DNA of 64,000 nt from Verrucomicrobiia bacterium (GTDB taxonomy: Bacteria > Verrucomicrobiota > Verrucomicrobiia > Chthoniobacterales > UBA6821): NCBI GenBank assembly GCA_040380225.1, contig JBEIJN010000014.1, forward strand, positions 1,995-65,994, given 5' to 3'. Below the pieces are notes generated by a model, which was not told where the DNA came from, did not search any database, and worked only from the letters and a program-made list of their open reading frames with translations. Made by a program: the position numbers and the translations under genes. Every line of letters begins with the position of its first letter. Position 1 is the stretch's first letter. This document shows positions 36,650 to 46,021 of the stretch, piece after piece.

Positions 36650-37944
36650 TCCAGCCCCTCGACTCAGCCCGCAACAGCTGGCGACTCCTCTGGATCGATC
36701 TGGAGGAACCCGTGCCGGCACCCGCTCAATCCGGTGAATCCGGAACCGGAGACTACTGCCTGCCGACCTGCCTTCTGGTGACCACCGCATCCGGCAAGCC
36801 GCTCTGCCCTCCCGAGATCCTGGAGGAACTCGACCAACCCCGCGCCGAGCAACTGCTGGGACGACTCTTCGACGAGCATGGCACGCCCGACCGCCTGACC
36901 ATCGCGGAGAGCAGCGACTGGGATACGGAGGCATGGCGCTCCTTCGCCATCGACTGCCGTATCGAGATCGCCTTTGGAGCCTTCCCTGAAGCCAAGCCGG
37001 GCGAACTGCTCCAAGTCGGCCGCAGGATCGCGCAGCGACTCAGGGGCGAAGGCTTCCACTCTCCGGGGGCCATTGCCCGGGGACTGGTCGCCACGGCGCG
37101 CCGCCTCCGCTCGCCGGAAAGAAAAAGCGCCCACCTGCGTAAGGCTATCGAGCAGGATTCAGAATGCGTCCTTGCACGGATCGAACTGGCCGACGCCGAC
37201 TATCAGGCAGCCCGATGGAACGAAGCCAGACGTGGCTATCAGGAGGTGGCCGAGCGCGAGGAGCGGCGCTGGCGCGGCGAGACTCCCGAATGGTGGGAGG
37301 ATCACGAGACACGCCCCTACATGAGGGCACTCTACGGGCGGGCGATGACCGAGTGGCACCAGGGACGCTTCGCGGAGACCGCCAAGGATTTGGAAAAACT
37401 CCTAAAACTCAACCCACGCGACAACCAGGGAGTCCGCTTCCTGATCCCGCTCGTCCACCTGCTGGGTGATGACGATGCCAAGGCGCTCAAATCCCTTGAG
37501 GAATACGATCGGAACTATCCCGACGACTACTGCGAGCCGTCGCTGCTTTTCGGCAAGGGGCTCGCCCTCTGGCGCTTGGGCGACGATGAACCGGCCCGCG
37601 CCGCCTACCGCACCGCGATGCTGCAGAACCTCTACATCACCCCGATGCTGCTGGATCTCCCCACCCCACCAGCCGACATCTGGCATCCCAACGACCGTTC
37701 CGAGATCAACTACGCCCAGGACTTCATGCAGTCCTACGCGATCCTGTGGGACAGGGAACCCGCAGCCACTCGGTTCATTTCCGAACTCCACGACGAACTG
37801 GCCCCGGAAATCGAGAAGATCCTCACCCTGCGCCGCACGATGGCGGATTGGCAGGACCAGCGCTACGACCGGGACTTCAAAGCCCGCTGGAAAGCCATGA
37901 TCGATCAGGACAAGTCACTGACGGGAGGAGCGGATAGGGAGTAG
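36646..37944 (+). CDS. TPR-repeat protein with an unknown N-terminal domain
   Basis: 432 aa. TPR-like helices (YQAARWNEARRGYQEVAE, ALYGRAMTEWHQGRFAETAKDLEKLLKLNPRDNQG). The ATG overlaps the exonuclease stop (ATGA). Confidence 0.55.
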   Translation: MIQPLDSARNSWRLLWIDLEEPVPAPAQSGESGTGDYCLPTCLLVTTASGKPLCPPEILEELDQPRAEQLLGRLFDEHGTPDRLTIAESSDWDTEAWRSFAIDCRIEIAFGAFPEAKPGELLQVGRRIAQRLRGEGFHSPGAIARGLVATARRLRSPERKSAHLRKAIEQDSECVLARIELADADYQAARWNEARRGYQEVAEREERRWRGETPEWWEDHETRPYMRALYGRAMTEWHQGRFAETAKDLEKLLKLNPRDNQGVRFLIPLVHLLGDDDAKALKSLEEYDRNYPDDYCEPSLLFGKGLALWRLGDDEPARAAYRTAMLQNLYITPMLLDLPTPPADIWHPNDRSEINYAQDFMQSYAILWDREPAATRFISELHDELAPEIEKILTLRRTMADWQDQRYDRDFKARWKAMIDQDKSLTGGADRE

Positions 37945-37951
37945 GGGATGG

Positions 37952-38000
37952 GAGAAACTTGAAACCTGAAAGCTGAAACCTGAACCAAGGCGGGGGCGAA
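37952..38000 (-). repeat. Heptamer array plus TGAACCAAGG module, reverse orientation (3' of the TPR gene)
   Basis: GAGAAACTTGAAACCTGAAAGCTGAAACCTGAACCAAGG-CGGGGGCG starts 8 nt after the TPR stop. It is the reverse complement of the 6789-6873 module. Confidence 0.65.
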
Positions 38001-38052
38001 AAATGAAAAAGGGGCGGAGATGTGAGTAAAGCGGACGGATGAAACCTGATTT

Positions 38053-38099
38053 CTGACAACCGACAACCGACAACTGACTCCCGACCTCCGACCACCAAC
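38053..38099. repeat. CGACAAC / CCGACC short-word array
   Basis: CTGACAACCGACAACCGACAACTGACTCCCGACCTCCGACCACCAAC. Confidence 0.5.
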
Positions 38100-38110
38100 T
38101 TCCGAAAACC

Positions 38111-38488
38111 TCAATACCGGAAACCAGGCTTAGCCGGAGCGTTGGTGGAGGTGCGGGCCGTTTCGGTCTTGGGCTTTGCAGAAGCCTCTGGTGCGGCGGG
38201 TAGAAGAGGCTTGAGAGCCTCATTGGCCACGTACCCATTCTGACCGTCAAAGATTCGCACAAAACTGTAACCCAACTCCTTGCGCAACACCTCCACCTCG
38301 TCACCCTTCACGAGCGAGAGGTCGGGCCCGTTACCCTGGGCCGGGCCGTTGTGAAAAAAGGGTGTTCGCTCCACCACAACAACCATCTTGGGACTGTTGG
38401 TAGAATTGTACTCAATGGAACCGCATCCCGTGATCACCAACAATGCCGCCCAGAGAGCTACCCCAGTGATTGGTTGAATAAGCTTCAC
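38111..38488 (-). CDS. Lipoprotein with an SH3-like domain
   Basis: 125 aa. Lipobox LLVITGC. GDEVEVLRKELGYSFVRIFDGQNGYVANEAL resembles bacterial SH3. Confidence 0.55.
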   Translation of the reverse strand: MKLIQPITGVALWAALLVITGCGSIEYNSTNSPKMVVVVERTPFFHNGPAQGNGPDLSLVKGDEVEVLRKELGYSFVRIFDGQNGYVANEALKPLLPAAPEASAKPKTETARTSTNAPAKPGFRY

Positions 38489-38538
38489 GGATAACTCCTA
38501 TGCGTTGATTTCCGACGATTGCCAAGCCAGAAAAAGCT

Positions 38539-39057
38539 TCATTCCAAGTTCTTGACTCCGGAATGCAATCTCCTAACGGCCTCCTCAATGGTAAGTTCAT
38601 GAGTAGGTATTACCAGTTCAGGATGTAAGGGGGGCTCATAGGGGGAATCAATTCCTGTGAACTTCGGAATCATGCCCGCGCGAGCCTTCTTGTAGAGCCC
38701 TTTGGGATCTCGCCCTTCGCAAGTGGAGAGAGGAGTGCTGACATAAACCTCAATGAACGCGACATCGCGCGCCTGACATAGCCCCCTGATTGCCTCCCTT
38801 TCACTTCGGAGGGGCGAAATCAAGGAGCAGATACTCGTGATGCCGGATCGCGCAGCCAGCAGGGCGATCGCCCCAGCGCGACGTATATTCTCCATCCGAT
38901 CCTCGGCTGAAAATCCAAGATCCCTGGATAGTTCCTCGCGCAAACCATCCCCATCTATCATGAGGGGATGAATGCCCTCAGCCTTGAGTTTCGCAGCCAA
39001 TCCATCCGCAAGCGTCGACTTTCCCGCGCCGGATAAACCTGTAAGCCAAATAATCAT
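38539..39057 (-). CDS. cysC: Adenylyl-sulfate (APS) kinase
   Basis: 172 aa. IIWLTGLSGAGKSTLA (P-loop), LDGD-like IDGDGLR, FSAEDRMENIRR, ISPLRSER, GLYKKARAG, FTGIDSPYEPP. Confidence 0.9.
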   Translation of the reverse strand: MIIWLTGLSGAGKSTLADGLAAKLKAEGIHPLMIDGDGLREELSRDLGFSAEDRMENIRRAGAIALLAARSGITSICSLISPLRSEREAIRGLCQARDVAFIEVYVSTPLSTCEGRDPKGLYKKARAGMIPKFTGIDSPYEPPLHPELVIPTHELTIEEAVRRLHSGVKNLE

Positions 39058-39124
39058 GAGCAGAGGATTAGCCGTTTGCTTTTCGGTATGCCAGCCAGAA
39101 GCTGGAAGCTAGGGAAACGAGGAT

Positions 39125-40243
39125 TCAATCGGCAACAAGAACCTCTTCGTAAATGCCCTCAATCCGACGAACAAGATGCCGGATTTCGTATCGCTCCAAA
39201 ATGGTGTTGCGGGCATTCCCTCCCAGAGTGGCCCTCAATCCATCATCCTGAAGCATGCCTTCAAGTGCTCCAGTGAAACCCGCGGCATCACCCGGAGGGA
39301 GCAGAATGGCATCGTGGCCGTTCGTACAGACCTCCGCGATCCCGTCCACCGCCGAGGCAAGCACAGGCAACCCACAGGACATCGCCTCCAGCAGAACCAT
39401 TGGGGTTCCCTCAAAATCGGAAGTCATCAGCAAAGCATCAAAGGCATGATAGAGGGTCAACCGATCGCTTACATGCCCCAGGAAGCGTACCCGGTGACTA
39501 ATTCCAAGCGACGCCACCTTCTCCTTGAGCGCCTCCTCCTCCGGCCCCGTGCCGGCAATCACAAACATAGCGGAGGGATTTCCAGATAGGACTCGCACCG
39601 CAACATCCATGAAGAGCGAAAAATTCTTCTGTGCCACGAGCCTTCCGACCCCGCCGATCACGAAGCACTCACGGGGAATTCCTAGTGCTGCCCTCGCAGC
39701 TTCCCTCGCTCCAGCACTTGCCGGAGAAAAGACCTCCGTATCGATCCCGTTGGGGATCGTTATCACCAGGTCATCCCGCTGATCTTCGCGATCAAGAAGG
39801 TAACGGCGCGTGCTTTCGGAGACGGCGATCACACGATCGGAGCGCCGGTTCCAAAAAGAATCCGCCGCCAAAAGCAGCGGGTTCTTTTCCCTCGAGGCAT
39901 CATTGCACTGGTCATGCACGATGATCGCCGGATGACCGGCCATGATCGCGAGTGGCTTGGCGCAGAGGTTCGCCCCAAACAGATGGAAGTGGAGGATGTC
40001 GTACCCTCCCGAGCGCATCAGTCGCCAAAAATTCGGGAGATAATACGGTGGGAACTTTTCAGGAGAGAGTGAGTGAACGGTGATTCCATTCTTCTCAAAA
40101 GCCTCCGCATAGACCCCCCGCCCGTGCATGCAGGCCACCTCCGGAAGATAACGTGACCTGTCATGGTGCTTAGCCAGTTCAAGCAGGAAGGTCTGAGCTC
40201 CGCCCAGATCCAGACTATCGATCACATGAAGAATCCTCTTCAC
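39125..40243 (-). CDS. Glycosyltransferase family 4
   Basis: 372 aa. ILHVIDSLDLGGAQ N-terminus, EX7E region SDFEGTPMVLLEAMSCGLPV. Confidence 0.8.
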   Translation of the reverse strand: MKRILHVIDSLDLGGAQTFLLELAKHHDRSRYLPEVACMHGRGVYAEAFEKNGITVHSLSPEKFPPYYLPNFWRLMRSGGYDILHFHLFGANLCAKPLAIMAGHPAIIVHDQCNDASREKNPLLLAADSFWNRRSDRVIAVSESTRRYLLDREDQRDDLVITIPNGIDTEVFSPASAGAREAARAALGIPRECFVIGGVGRLVAQKNFSLFMDVAVRVLSGNPSAMFVIAGTGPEEEALKEKVASLGISHRVRFLGHVSDRLTLYHAFDALLMTSDFEGTPMVLLEAMSCGLPVLASAVDGIAEVCTNGHDAILLPPGDAAGFTGALEGMLQDDGLRATLGGNARNTILERYEIRHLVRRIEGIYEEVLVAD

Positions 40244-41322
40244 TTCAATCCCTCCAGAAATGCCTCGGTGTTTTTCCCGTTATCAAGCCACTCGGCGACC
40301 ATCCTTTGCGCCCCGTCCCCCATCCTTTGGGAATCTCCGCCTTCAGCCAGGAGTTCGAGGACTTTCGTGACAAATAGCTCAAAATCCCCCCCTGCGGAAA
40401 AACCGGCACCAAAGGTCTCGATCAAGCCGTCGGGATCTAGTTCCAAGGATAGGATCCCTGCTGCTCCCTGTGCAGCCTGAATCATGACGTTAGGAAAACC
40501 TTCCGTTTCGGAAGTGCTTACCAAGAAGCGCGCCCTGTCGTAGGTCTCTTGGATCTCATGATAGGGAACCCTCTCATGAAAAGTAAGATTGGGCATCCCG
40601 GCGGCGCGGGCGACCACGGATTGCCATAACTCTTCATCCTCCCTGGGGCAGATCATCTCGCAGTGGGCTTCGGGCAATCGTTCCACCAGATCGAGAAAGA
40701 AATGCGGGCGCTTGATATGCTGGCATCTTCCGACCCAGAGCAGATCGATATCTTTCAGCGCCGTCCGGGGCTTCGCTCGCGGGAGGATCAGATTTCGGTA
40801 CATGCCGCAGGAGAGTCCGGCTTGGCCGAAAAGTCTCCTCTGATATTCCGACATGGCGAACCTGATATCGGAGAGTGCGACGCCCCGCTCAAACAGCCTT
40901 CCTTTCCATCCATGGCTTTTTCCGAAGGAACCGTCTATCTCCGTGTCGAGGCCGCAGATGAAGACCAAGCTGTAACCGAAAAGCGGCCTCAGCAGACAGA
41001 GGATATAGAGCCACGCCGTCCATCCCAGCACGCAGACGAATTCGGGACGATACTCAGCCAGCAGGCGCGTGACTTTGGGCAGTGCAATGATGGTATCGGC
41101 CATTCCTCCCGTGTGGAAACGGCCCGCATTCCTTGTCACCACCCCGTTGAAAACCCTGCCGTCCTGCTGGCCGGTATCCCCGCCTGCAATGACGGCCTCA
41201 TGGCCACGCATGGCCAATTCTTTGGCAAGCAACGCCACCTGAAGCTCCGCACCGCCGGAAACACGGGTCGCCAAGGGGTCGAGCGCGTAATGCGCATGGC
41301 TGGAAAGAAAGAAAAACTTCAT
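40240..41322 (-). CDS. GT-B fold glycosyltransferase (GT4-like)
   Basis: MKFFFLSSHAHY..GGAELQV, STSETEGFPNVMIQAAQGAAG. Alternative start at 41364. Its stop overlaps the next gene's start by 4 nt. Confidence 0.6.
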   Translation of the reverse strand: MKFFFLSSHAHYALDPLATRVSGGAELQVALLAKELAMRGHEAVIAGGDTGQQDGRVFNGVVTRNAGRFHTGGMADTIIALPKVTRLLAEYRPEFVCVLGWTAWLYILCLLRPLFGYSLVFICGLDTEIDGSFGKSHGWKGRLFERGVALSDIRFAMSEYQRRLFGQAGLSCGMYRNLILPRAKPRTALKDIDLLWVGRCQHIKRPHFFLDLVERLPEAHCEMICPREDEELWQSVVARAAGMPNLTFHERVPYHEIQETYDRARFLVSTSETEGFPNVMIQAAQGAAGILSLELDPDGLIETFGAGFSAGGDFELFVTKVLELLAEGGDSQRMGDGAQRMVAEWLDNGKNTEAFLEGLK

Positions 41323-41351
41323 GTGCTCTTCCGCGCGTTTCCCCAATGACT

Positions 41352-41861
41352 TCAAGCTTCGCAACGTATCACTCGCGCAGGATTGCCGGCGACAACGGAC
41401 TTTGGAGCCACATCATCGATCACGACCGATCCCGCGCCGATCACAGCCCCCTCTCCCACGCTTATTGGACCAAGAATCAGCGCATTCGCTCCGACATTCA
41501 CATTGTTGGCGAGGACCGGAATCCCCTTTCTGGGCAATCTGTCGCCGATCGTCACCCCCTGCCTCAGCGTGCATCGTGAACCGATAACCGCGGCGGGATG
41601 GACGACCAAGCCCGTGCCGTGGCGGAGACAGAGACCCGCTCCAATATCCGAACGGTAGTCGATCTCGATTCCCATGATCCAATGAACCAACAGCACATAT
41701 AGCCCCAGAATTGGTGATCCAAATATCCAAAGACCGTATGGCAGCTTCCTGATCCGCTGGCATAGTCGGCAAAACAACATCACAAACCTTCCCTTGGGAC
41801 TGCCTTGATTTACATCCCAGTCCTGAAAGATTCCCGCCGTGGATTTGATTTCGTTGTCCAT
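41352..41861 (-). CDS. Hexapeptide-repeat O-acetyltransferase (CysE/WcaB/NodL-like)
   Basis: 169 aa. LbH repeats IGAGLCLRHGTGLVVHPAAVIGSRCTLRQGVTIG...NVNVGANALILGPISVGEGAVIGAGSVV. Confidence 0.75.
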   Translation of the reverse strand: MDNEIKSTAGIFQDWDVNQGSPKGRFVMLFCRLCQRIRKLPYGLWIFGSPILGLYVLLVHWIMGIEIDYRSDIGAGLCLRHGTGLVVHPAAVIGSRCTLRQGVTIGDRLPRKGIPVLANNVNVGANALILGPISVGEGAVIGAGSVVIDDVAPKSVVAGNPARVIRCEA

Positions 41862-41941
41862 ACTTCAAATCATGTGATGAATGGATGCTTGTCGTGATTC
41901 ACATCCATCATGGCAAGTAATGATCCATAACTCCAAAGCAT

Positions 41942-42931
41942 TCACTGGTTCAAAAACAGACGTGCTGCAAACAACCGCAACCAAGGTAGCCCTAGTAACC
42001 GTGTTGGGGCATGCCGACTTAAAGCAGAGATGAGACCCGTCAGAGATTGCCCGGATCTCTGAATCAATGTCTGGTATTCGAGGCCGATTTCATGCCAGGG
42101 GTTCCCGTGGACACGGCCGTAATTGGACACTGTATTTTCAAAAACCCGGCAATATTCATCCCAGTCAATTCCGCCGGGATCCTCCCACGATCGGGCAAGC
42201 ACATCTTCCTCACTAGGCGAGAGCATGGTTCCCAAGAAACGGTGGATATTCCTGCGCCTCACAAGGTTTATGTCGGCATCCCCTTGCAAGTCCCTTCTCA
42301 TGATCGATCCATCATGCACCCTGTATTTGACTAACTTATCCCGAATCATCCCGAAACGATTTTGGGCCGCAATCTCAGACCACAAGGCATAATCCTCAGA
42401 CTTTCGGGAAGCGGCATACCCACCGTATTCGTTTAGGATCCTTTCCCTTCGCATCATCACGGAACAATGAGGCACGGGATTTCTGAAGCACAGATCCCAC
42501 TTAAGCCATGGCGTGGAGAATGGGACCCTCATGACCCCGCGAGGGATCCCTGCCGAGCCTATAATGGTTGCGGCTGATCCAACAGCGTCGATGTGATTAT
42601 TGGCATTCAGGTAATCAAACTGCCGGGCCAACCGACACCTCATGGCAACATCGTCCGCGTCCATTCTCGCAACAAGCGGAGATGACGCGGAGATCAATCC
42701 CTCGTTCAGCGTGGCGACAAGCCCCTTGTTTTCCGAGTGGCGGATCAAGCGGATGCGGATGTCTCGAATCGAGGAAACGATATCAGGGGTCCCGTCGGAA
42801 GATCCGTCATCAATCACCAGCAGTTCAAAATCACGGAAGGTCTGATCCAGTATACTGCCAATGGATTCATGAATGAAATCGGCCGCATTGTACGCCGGCA
42901 TCAGCACTGTAACCAAGGGACTCTTCATCAC
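41942..42931 (-). CDS. Glycosyltransferase family 2
   Basis: VTVLMPAYNAADFIHESIGSILDQTFRDFELLVIDDGSSDGT, RMDADD. Confidence 0.85.
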   Translation of the reverse strand: MMKSPLVTVLMPAYNAADFIHESIGSILDQTFRDFELLVIDDGSSDGTPDIVSSIRDIRIRLIRHSENKGLVATLNEGLISASSPLVARMDADDVAMRCRLARQFDYLNANNHIDAVGSAATIIGSAGIPRGVMRVPFSTPWLKWDLCFRNPVPHCSVMMRRERILNEYGGYAASRKSEDYALWSEIAAQNRFGMIRDKLVKYRVHDGSIMRRDLQGDADINLVRRRNIHRFLGTMLSPSEEDVLARSWEDPGGIDWDEYCRVFENTVSNYGRVHGNPWHEIGLEYQTLIQRSGQSLTGLISALSRHAPTRLLGLPWLRLFAARLFLNQ

Positions 42932-44058
42932 GATAGCACCTCCCGGAAAATCTCCCCGTGGCGACGCATCCAGCCAGTCAGATCAAAAACCTCAACGGCA
43001 CGCTTCCTCGCGGATTCAGATATTGCCAGGCGATTGCCCATGATATGCTCCACCGCATCGGCTAGGTCCCCTGGATTCCCAGCACGATCACAGCTCCACC
43101 CCTGCTCCACCGGAACCAGCACGCCGCATGAATCCGTCACGAGTTCAGGCATCCCTCCGCTCCGCGTTCCGACAACCGGCAAACCGCTGGCCATCGCCTC
43201 GATGGGAACCGTCGGGCAGGGATCGTTGTATTTTGTGTGAAGTAACAGATTGGCGGTGCGATAGATTTCCGGAGCCTCTTCCTGGCCGAATGGAGGGAGG
43301 ATCGTGACGCGCCGATCCAAGCCGCACATCGCCTCCCTTACCTGCACTTCCGCATCCTTCCAGCGAAATTCTCCGGCAATCGTCAGATGCACGTCATGAC
43401 CTCGGGAGAGAAGCTCTCTGAGTGTATCGAGAGCTGATTTGGTTCTGTAGAGCGCATGACTTGTTCCCGCCGCAAGGATGCGCCACGGGCCATCCGGCAA
43501 CGATTGCATTCGGGGAGAAAAGACTTCCGTATCGACGGGATTGACCAGGATCTCGGACGGTACGGTCGATGATCCGAGATAACGCTCGGCACTGATGCGG
43601 GAGAACTCGCTCTGGTTGATGATGAAGTCGGCCTGATTGCGGAGCGCCGCCATCCGGCGGTTGAGCCAGGGATAGAAATCCCCGTAACATCCCGGATAGG
43701 CCACCCCGTTCTGGTTCCAGACAAGCTTGGCGCCCTTGCTTTTTGCCGCCCTGACGACCTCCTCAACCTGTGGTGGCAGGGCACTGCTCACCAGATACAT
43801 CACGTTGAAGTCGTCAAAAGATTCCGGGAAAGCCTTCCGGAGATGGATCAGCTTGATCTCCCCGCCGATGGGACGACCGGCCTTCATGGGAGCAAGTCGA
43901 CCGTAATTGACGGCAGGAACTCCGGATTCCGAAATCCGCACCAGAGAGGCCTTGGATCTTATAGTGATTTTTTCGGGAAAGCGACGGACCCTGCTGCCGA
44001 GTTCCCTAAGGCCGTACAGCAGATCATTCGCCAGCAGTGTCGGTTCGGGCCTTACCAT
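42928..44058 (-). CDS. Glycosyltransferase family 4
   Basis: 376 aa. YNDPCPTVPIEAMASGLPVVGTRSGGMPELV. 4-nt overlap with the downstream GT2. Confidence 0.75.
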   Translation of the reverse strand: MVRPEPTLLANDLLYGLRELGSRVRRFPEKITIRSKASLVRISESGVPAVNYGRLAPMKAGRPIGGEIKLIHLRKAFPESFDDFNVMYLVSSALPPQVEEVVRAAKSKGAKLVWNQNGVAYPGCYGDFYPWLNRRMAALRNQADFIINQSEFSRISAERYLGSSTVPSEILVNPVDTEVFSPRMQSLPDGPWRILAAGTSHALYRTKSALDTLRELLSRGHDVHLTIAGEFRWKDAEVQVREAMCGLDRRVTILPPFGQEEAPEIYRTANLLLHTKYNDPCPTVPIEAMASGLPVVGTRSGGMPELVTDSCGVLVPVEQGWSCDRAGNPGDLADAVEHIMGNRLAISESARKRAVEVFDLTGWMRRHGEIFREVLS

Positions 44059-44864
44059 GGGAGATCACGCCCCAGCAAGCCGGCAAGATCGGCATTCAAA
44101 GGCTTATAAAATTCCGCCAGCATCCTCTCCGCTTCACTTGGAAGAGGCTCCGCACCCCCTCCATCCCGTGCGTGGGGCATTTTCTTGACGGGGACAGGCT
44201 CCAACCCAAGATGCCTCCAACTTCTTGCAAGGTTTTCCTGTGGGGATTCCGTCAACTCCTCCAGAAAAAGCACCAACGATTGTTCACGCGGAAAATGACC
44301 CCACCACTCGCGTAGCAAGTCGGCATACATGCCGCAGCGGACGTAGCGGAGCGGATTATTCCACTGTCGCAGAGCTGATCGACAAAGAGCCGTGCCTGAT
44401 GGATCCGACAGCCACCGGACTGCATTCGTCACCGTTTTGGTGAAATCCGAGAGATCGTCACCCGACTTGCGGAACATCCTGTACTCCGACCAAGCCCTTA
44501 CCACCGGTTCCCTGAAAATGAAGATCAGCCTGGCATCCGGCATCACCTCGGCCGCACGGGCGGGCAAATCGGGATGGAACCAGTACTCCATGCTTGCATC
44601 CCCGCAGACCCATGGGGCGAACGGCCTGACAAAAGGGAAGTTCATCCTCAGACGAAGTTCGCTTCCCGGATAACGGATCATGCTGGCCGGTTCCTTGAAC
44701 GGCCCCCTTCGTACTCGCGGATGAAGGAGCAGTGCGTCAAAGAGGGAGGAGGAGCCGCACTTCGGAGCCCCGGGCATTAGGAAGGAAGGTCGCGTCCTGA
44801 GCGGAGCGGTAAGCAGGCGGCATGCCTTCGAGATCTCGGCGTTGATGTCGGGCTTTTTAGGCAT
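44052..44864 (-). CDS. PAPS-dependent sulfotransferase
   Basis: 5'-PSB loop PGAPKCGSSSLFDALLLHP and 3'-PB element FIFREPVVRAWSEY. Start trimmed to ATG 44864, 2 nt after the upstream stop. Confidence 0.75.
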   Translation of the reverse strand: MPKKPDINAEISKACRLLTAPLRTRPSFLMPGAPKCGSSSLFDALLLHPRVRRGPFKEPASMIRYPGSELRLRMNFPFVRPFAPWVCGDASMEYWFHPDLPARAAEVMPDARLIFIFREPVVRAWSEYRMFRKSGDDLSDFTKTVTNAVRWLSDPSGTALCRSALRQWNNPLRYVRCGMYADLLREWWGHFPREQSLVLFLEELTESPQENLARSWRHLGLEPVPVKKMPHARDGGGAEPLPSEAERMLAEFYKPLNADLAGLLGRDLPW

Positions 44865-44866
44865 GG

Positions 44867-46021
44867 TCAGCTTGCTGGAAGGAAGGATCGAATCCGAGAC
44901 GCGATTTTCCTGCCCACGGCATCCCATGTAAACTCTTTCTCCACCATCGTCCTTCCGGCGCTTCCCATGACGCGCGCCCGGTCCTGATCCTGCAAGAGGG
45001 CGACAATGGCAGAGGCAAACTCCTCCGTATTCCTGGGATCAACAAGCCGGCCGGTCACCCCATCCCTCACACGCTCGGCCCCTGCTCCGAAGGGCGTGGT
45101 GATCACCGGCAACCCGTAGGCGGCGGCATCCAGCGCCAGCATACTTGCCCGCTCCACGCGACTCGGGACACTGACAAGGGCTGCCTTGCGAAAGAGCTGG
45201 TCCAACTCCCCGAGCCTCACCCTTCCGAAAACCCTCATCCCTTCCTGAGCACTCCGAGGCTGTGCTCCAACCACCCAGAGTTCCGCGGAGGGTATCTTCT
45301 GCCGGACTCTTTTGAATGCAGCAGCGAGTTCCTCTCCTCCCTTGATCCCCCAATCCGCTCCGACAAATAGAATCACGGGTTCGGGCGTTGAGGCAGACTC
45401 CTCCAGAAGCGGCAGATCCATGTTGATCCCGGTGGAAACTGTCAGCACTCGTTCCTCGGGAATCCCGTAATCCAAGACGACTGACTTTTCGCAGAAACGA
45501 CTCAGGGTGAAGACCGTCGCCGCCTTCGGGTAAAGAGCAGCTTCTAATCTTATCCATTCTGGTGATGCCGGCGCCGGCGATCCCCCGCCCGGTTGGCGTT
45601 TGTGCGCCTCGCGGGTGTGATCCGTATAGATGAAGAATGGGATTCCCGGATGCGAGGCATCAAACATCGACTGCGTCTGGAAAATGAAAGAGACCCGGGA
45701 AGGATCAATATTCCGCAGGATCCACAACGAGATCAGATCCCATGCCTTCGGTTCCTGGAAAACAAAATCCCAAGGGCTGTGCCTTCCCCGGAGGAGCGGC
45801 ACCAACCGCTTCATGGAGGCCTTGCAGCACAGCCACAGTGAGTGTAACGGAAAGGATGACAGAATATCGCGCGCCGCATCCACGACTTCCAGCTCACACT
45901 CAGGAAACCGCTCCCTCAGCACCCTCTCCATCTTCGCGTTCACGTGTGAGAACGATCCGTATTTGACGAAGATGATCCGATTCGGAATTCCACCGCCAAG
46001 AGGAGAGGATGATGAGTTCAT
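44867..46021 (-). CDS. Glycosyltransferase family 4
   Basis: 384 aa. VSVPSRVERASMLALDAAAYGLPVITTPFGAGAERV. Confidence 0.7.
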   Translation of the reverse strand: MNSSSSPLGGGIPNRIIFVKYGSFSHVNAKMERVLRERFPECELEVVDAARDILSSFPLHSLWLCCKASMKRLVPLLRGRHSPWDFVFQEPKAWDLISLWILRNIDPSRVSFIFQTQSMFDASHPGIPFFIYTDHTREAHKRQPGGGSPAPASPEWIRLEAALYPKAATVFTLSRFCEKSVVLDYGIPEERVLTVSTGINMDLPLLEESASTPEPVILFVGADWGIKGGEELAAAFKRVRQKIPSAELWVVGAQPRSAQEGMRVFGRVRLGELDQLFRKAALVSVPSRVERASMLALDAAAYGLPVITTPFGAGAERVRDGVTGRLVDPRNTEEFASAIVALLQDQDRARVMGSAGRTMVEKEFTWDAVGRKIASRIRSFLPAS

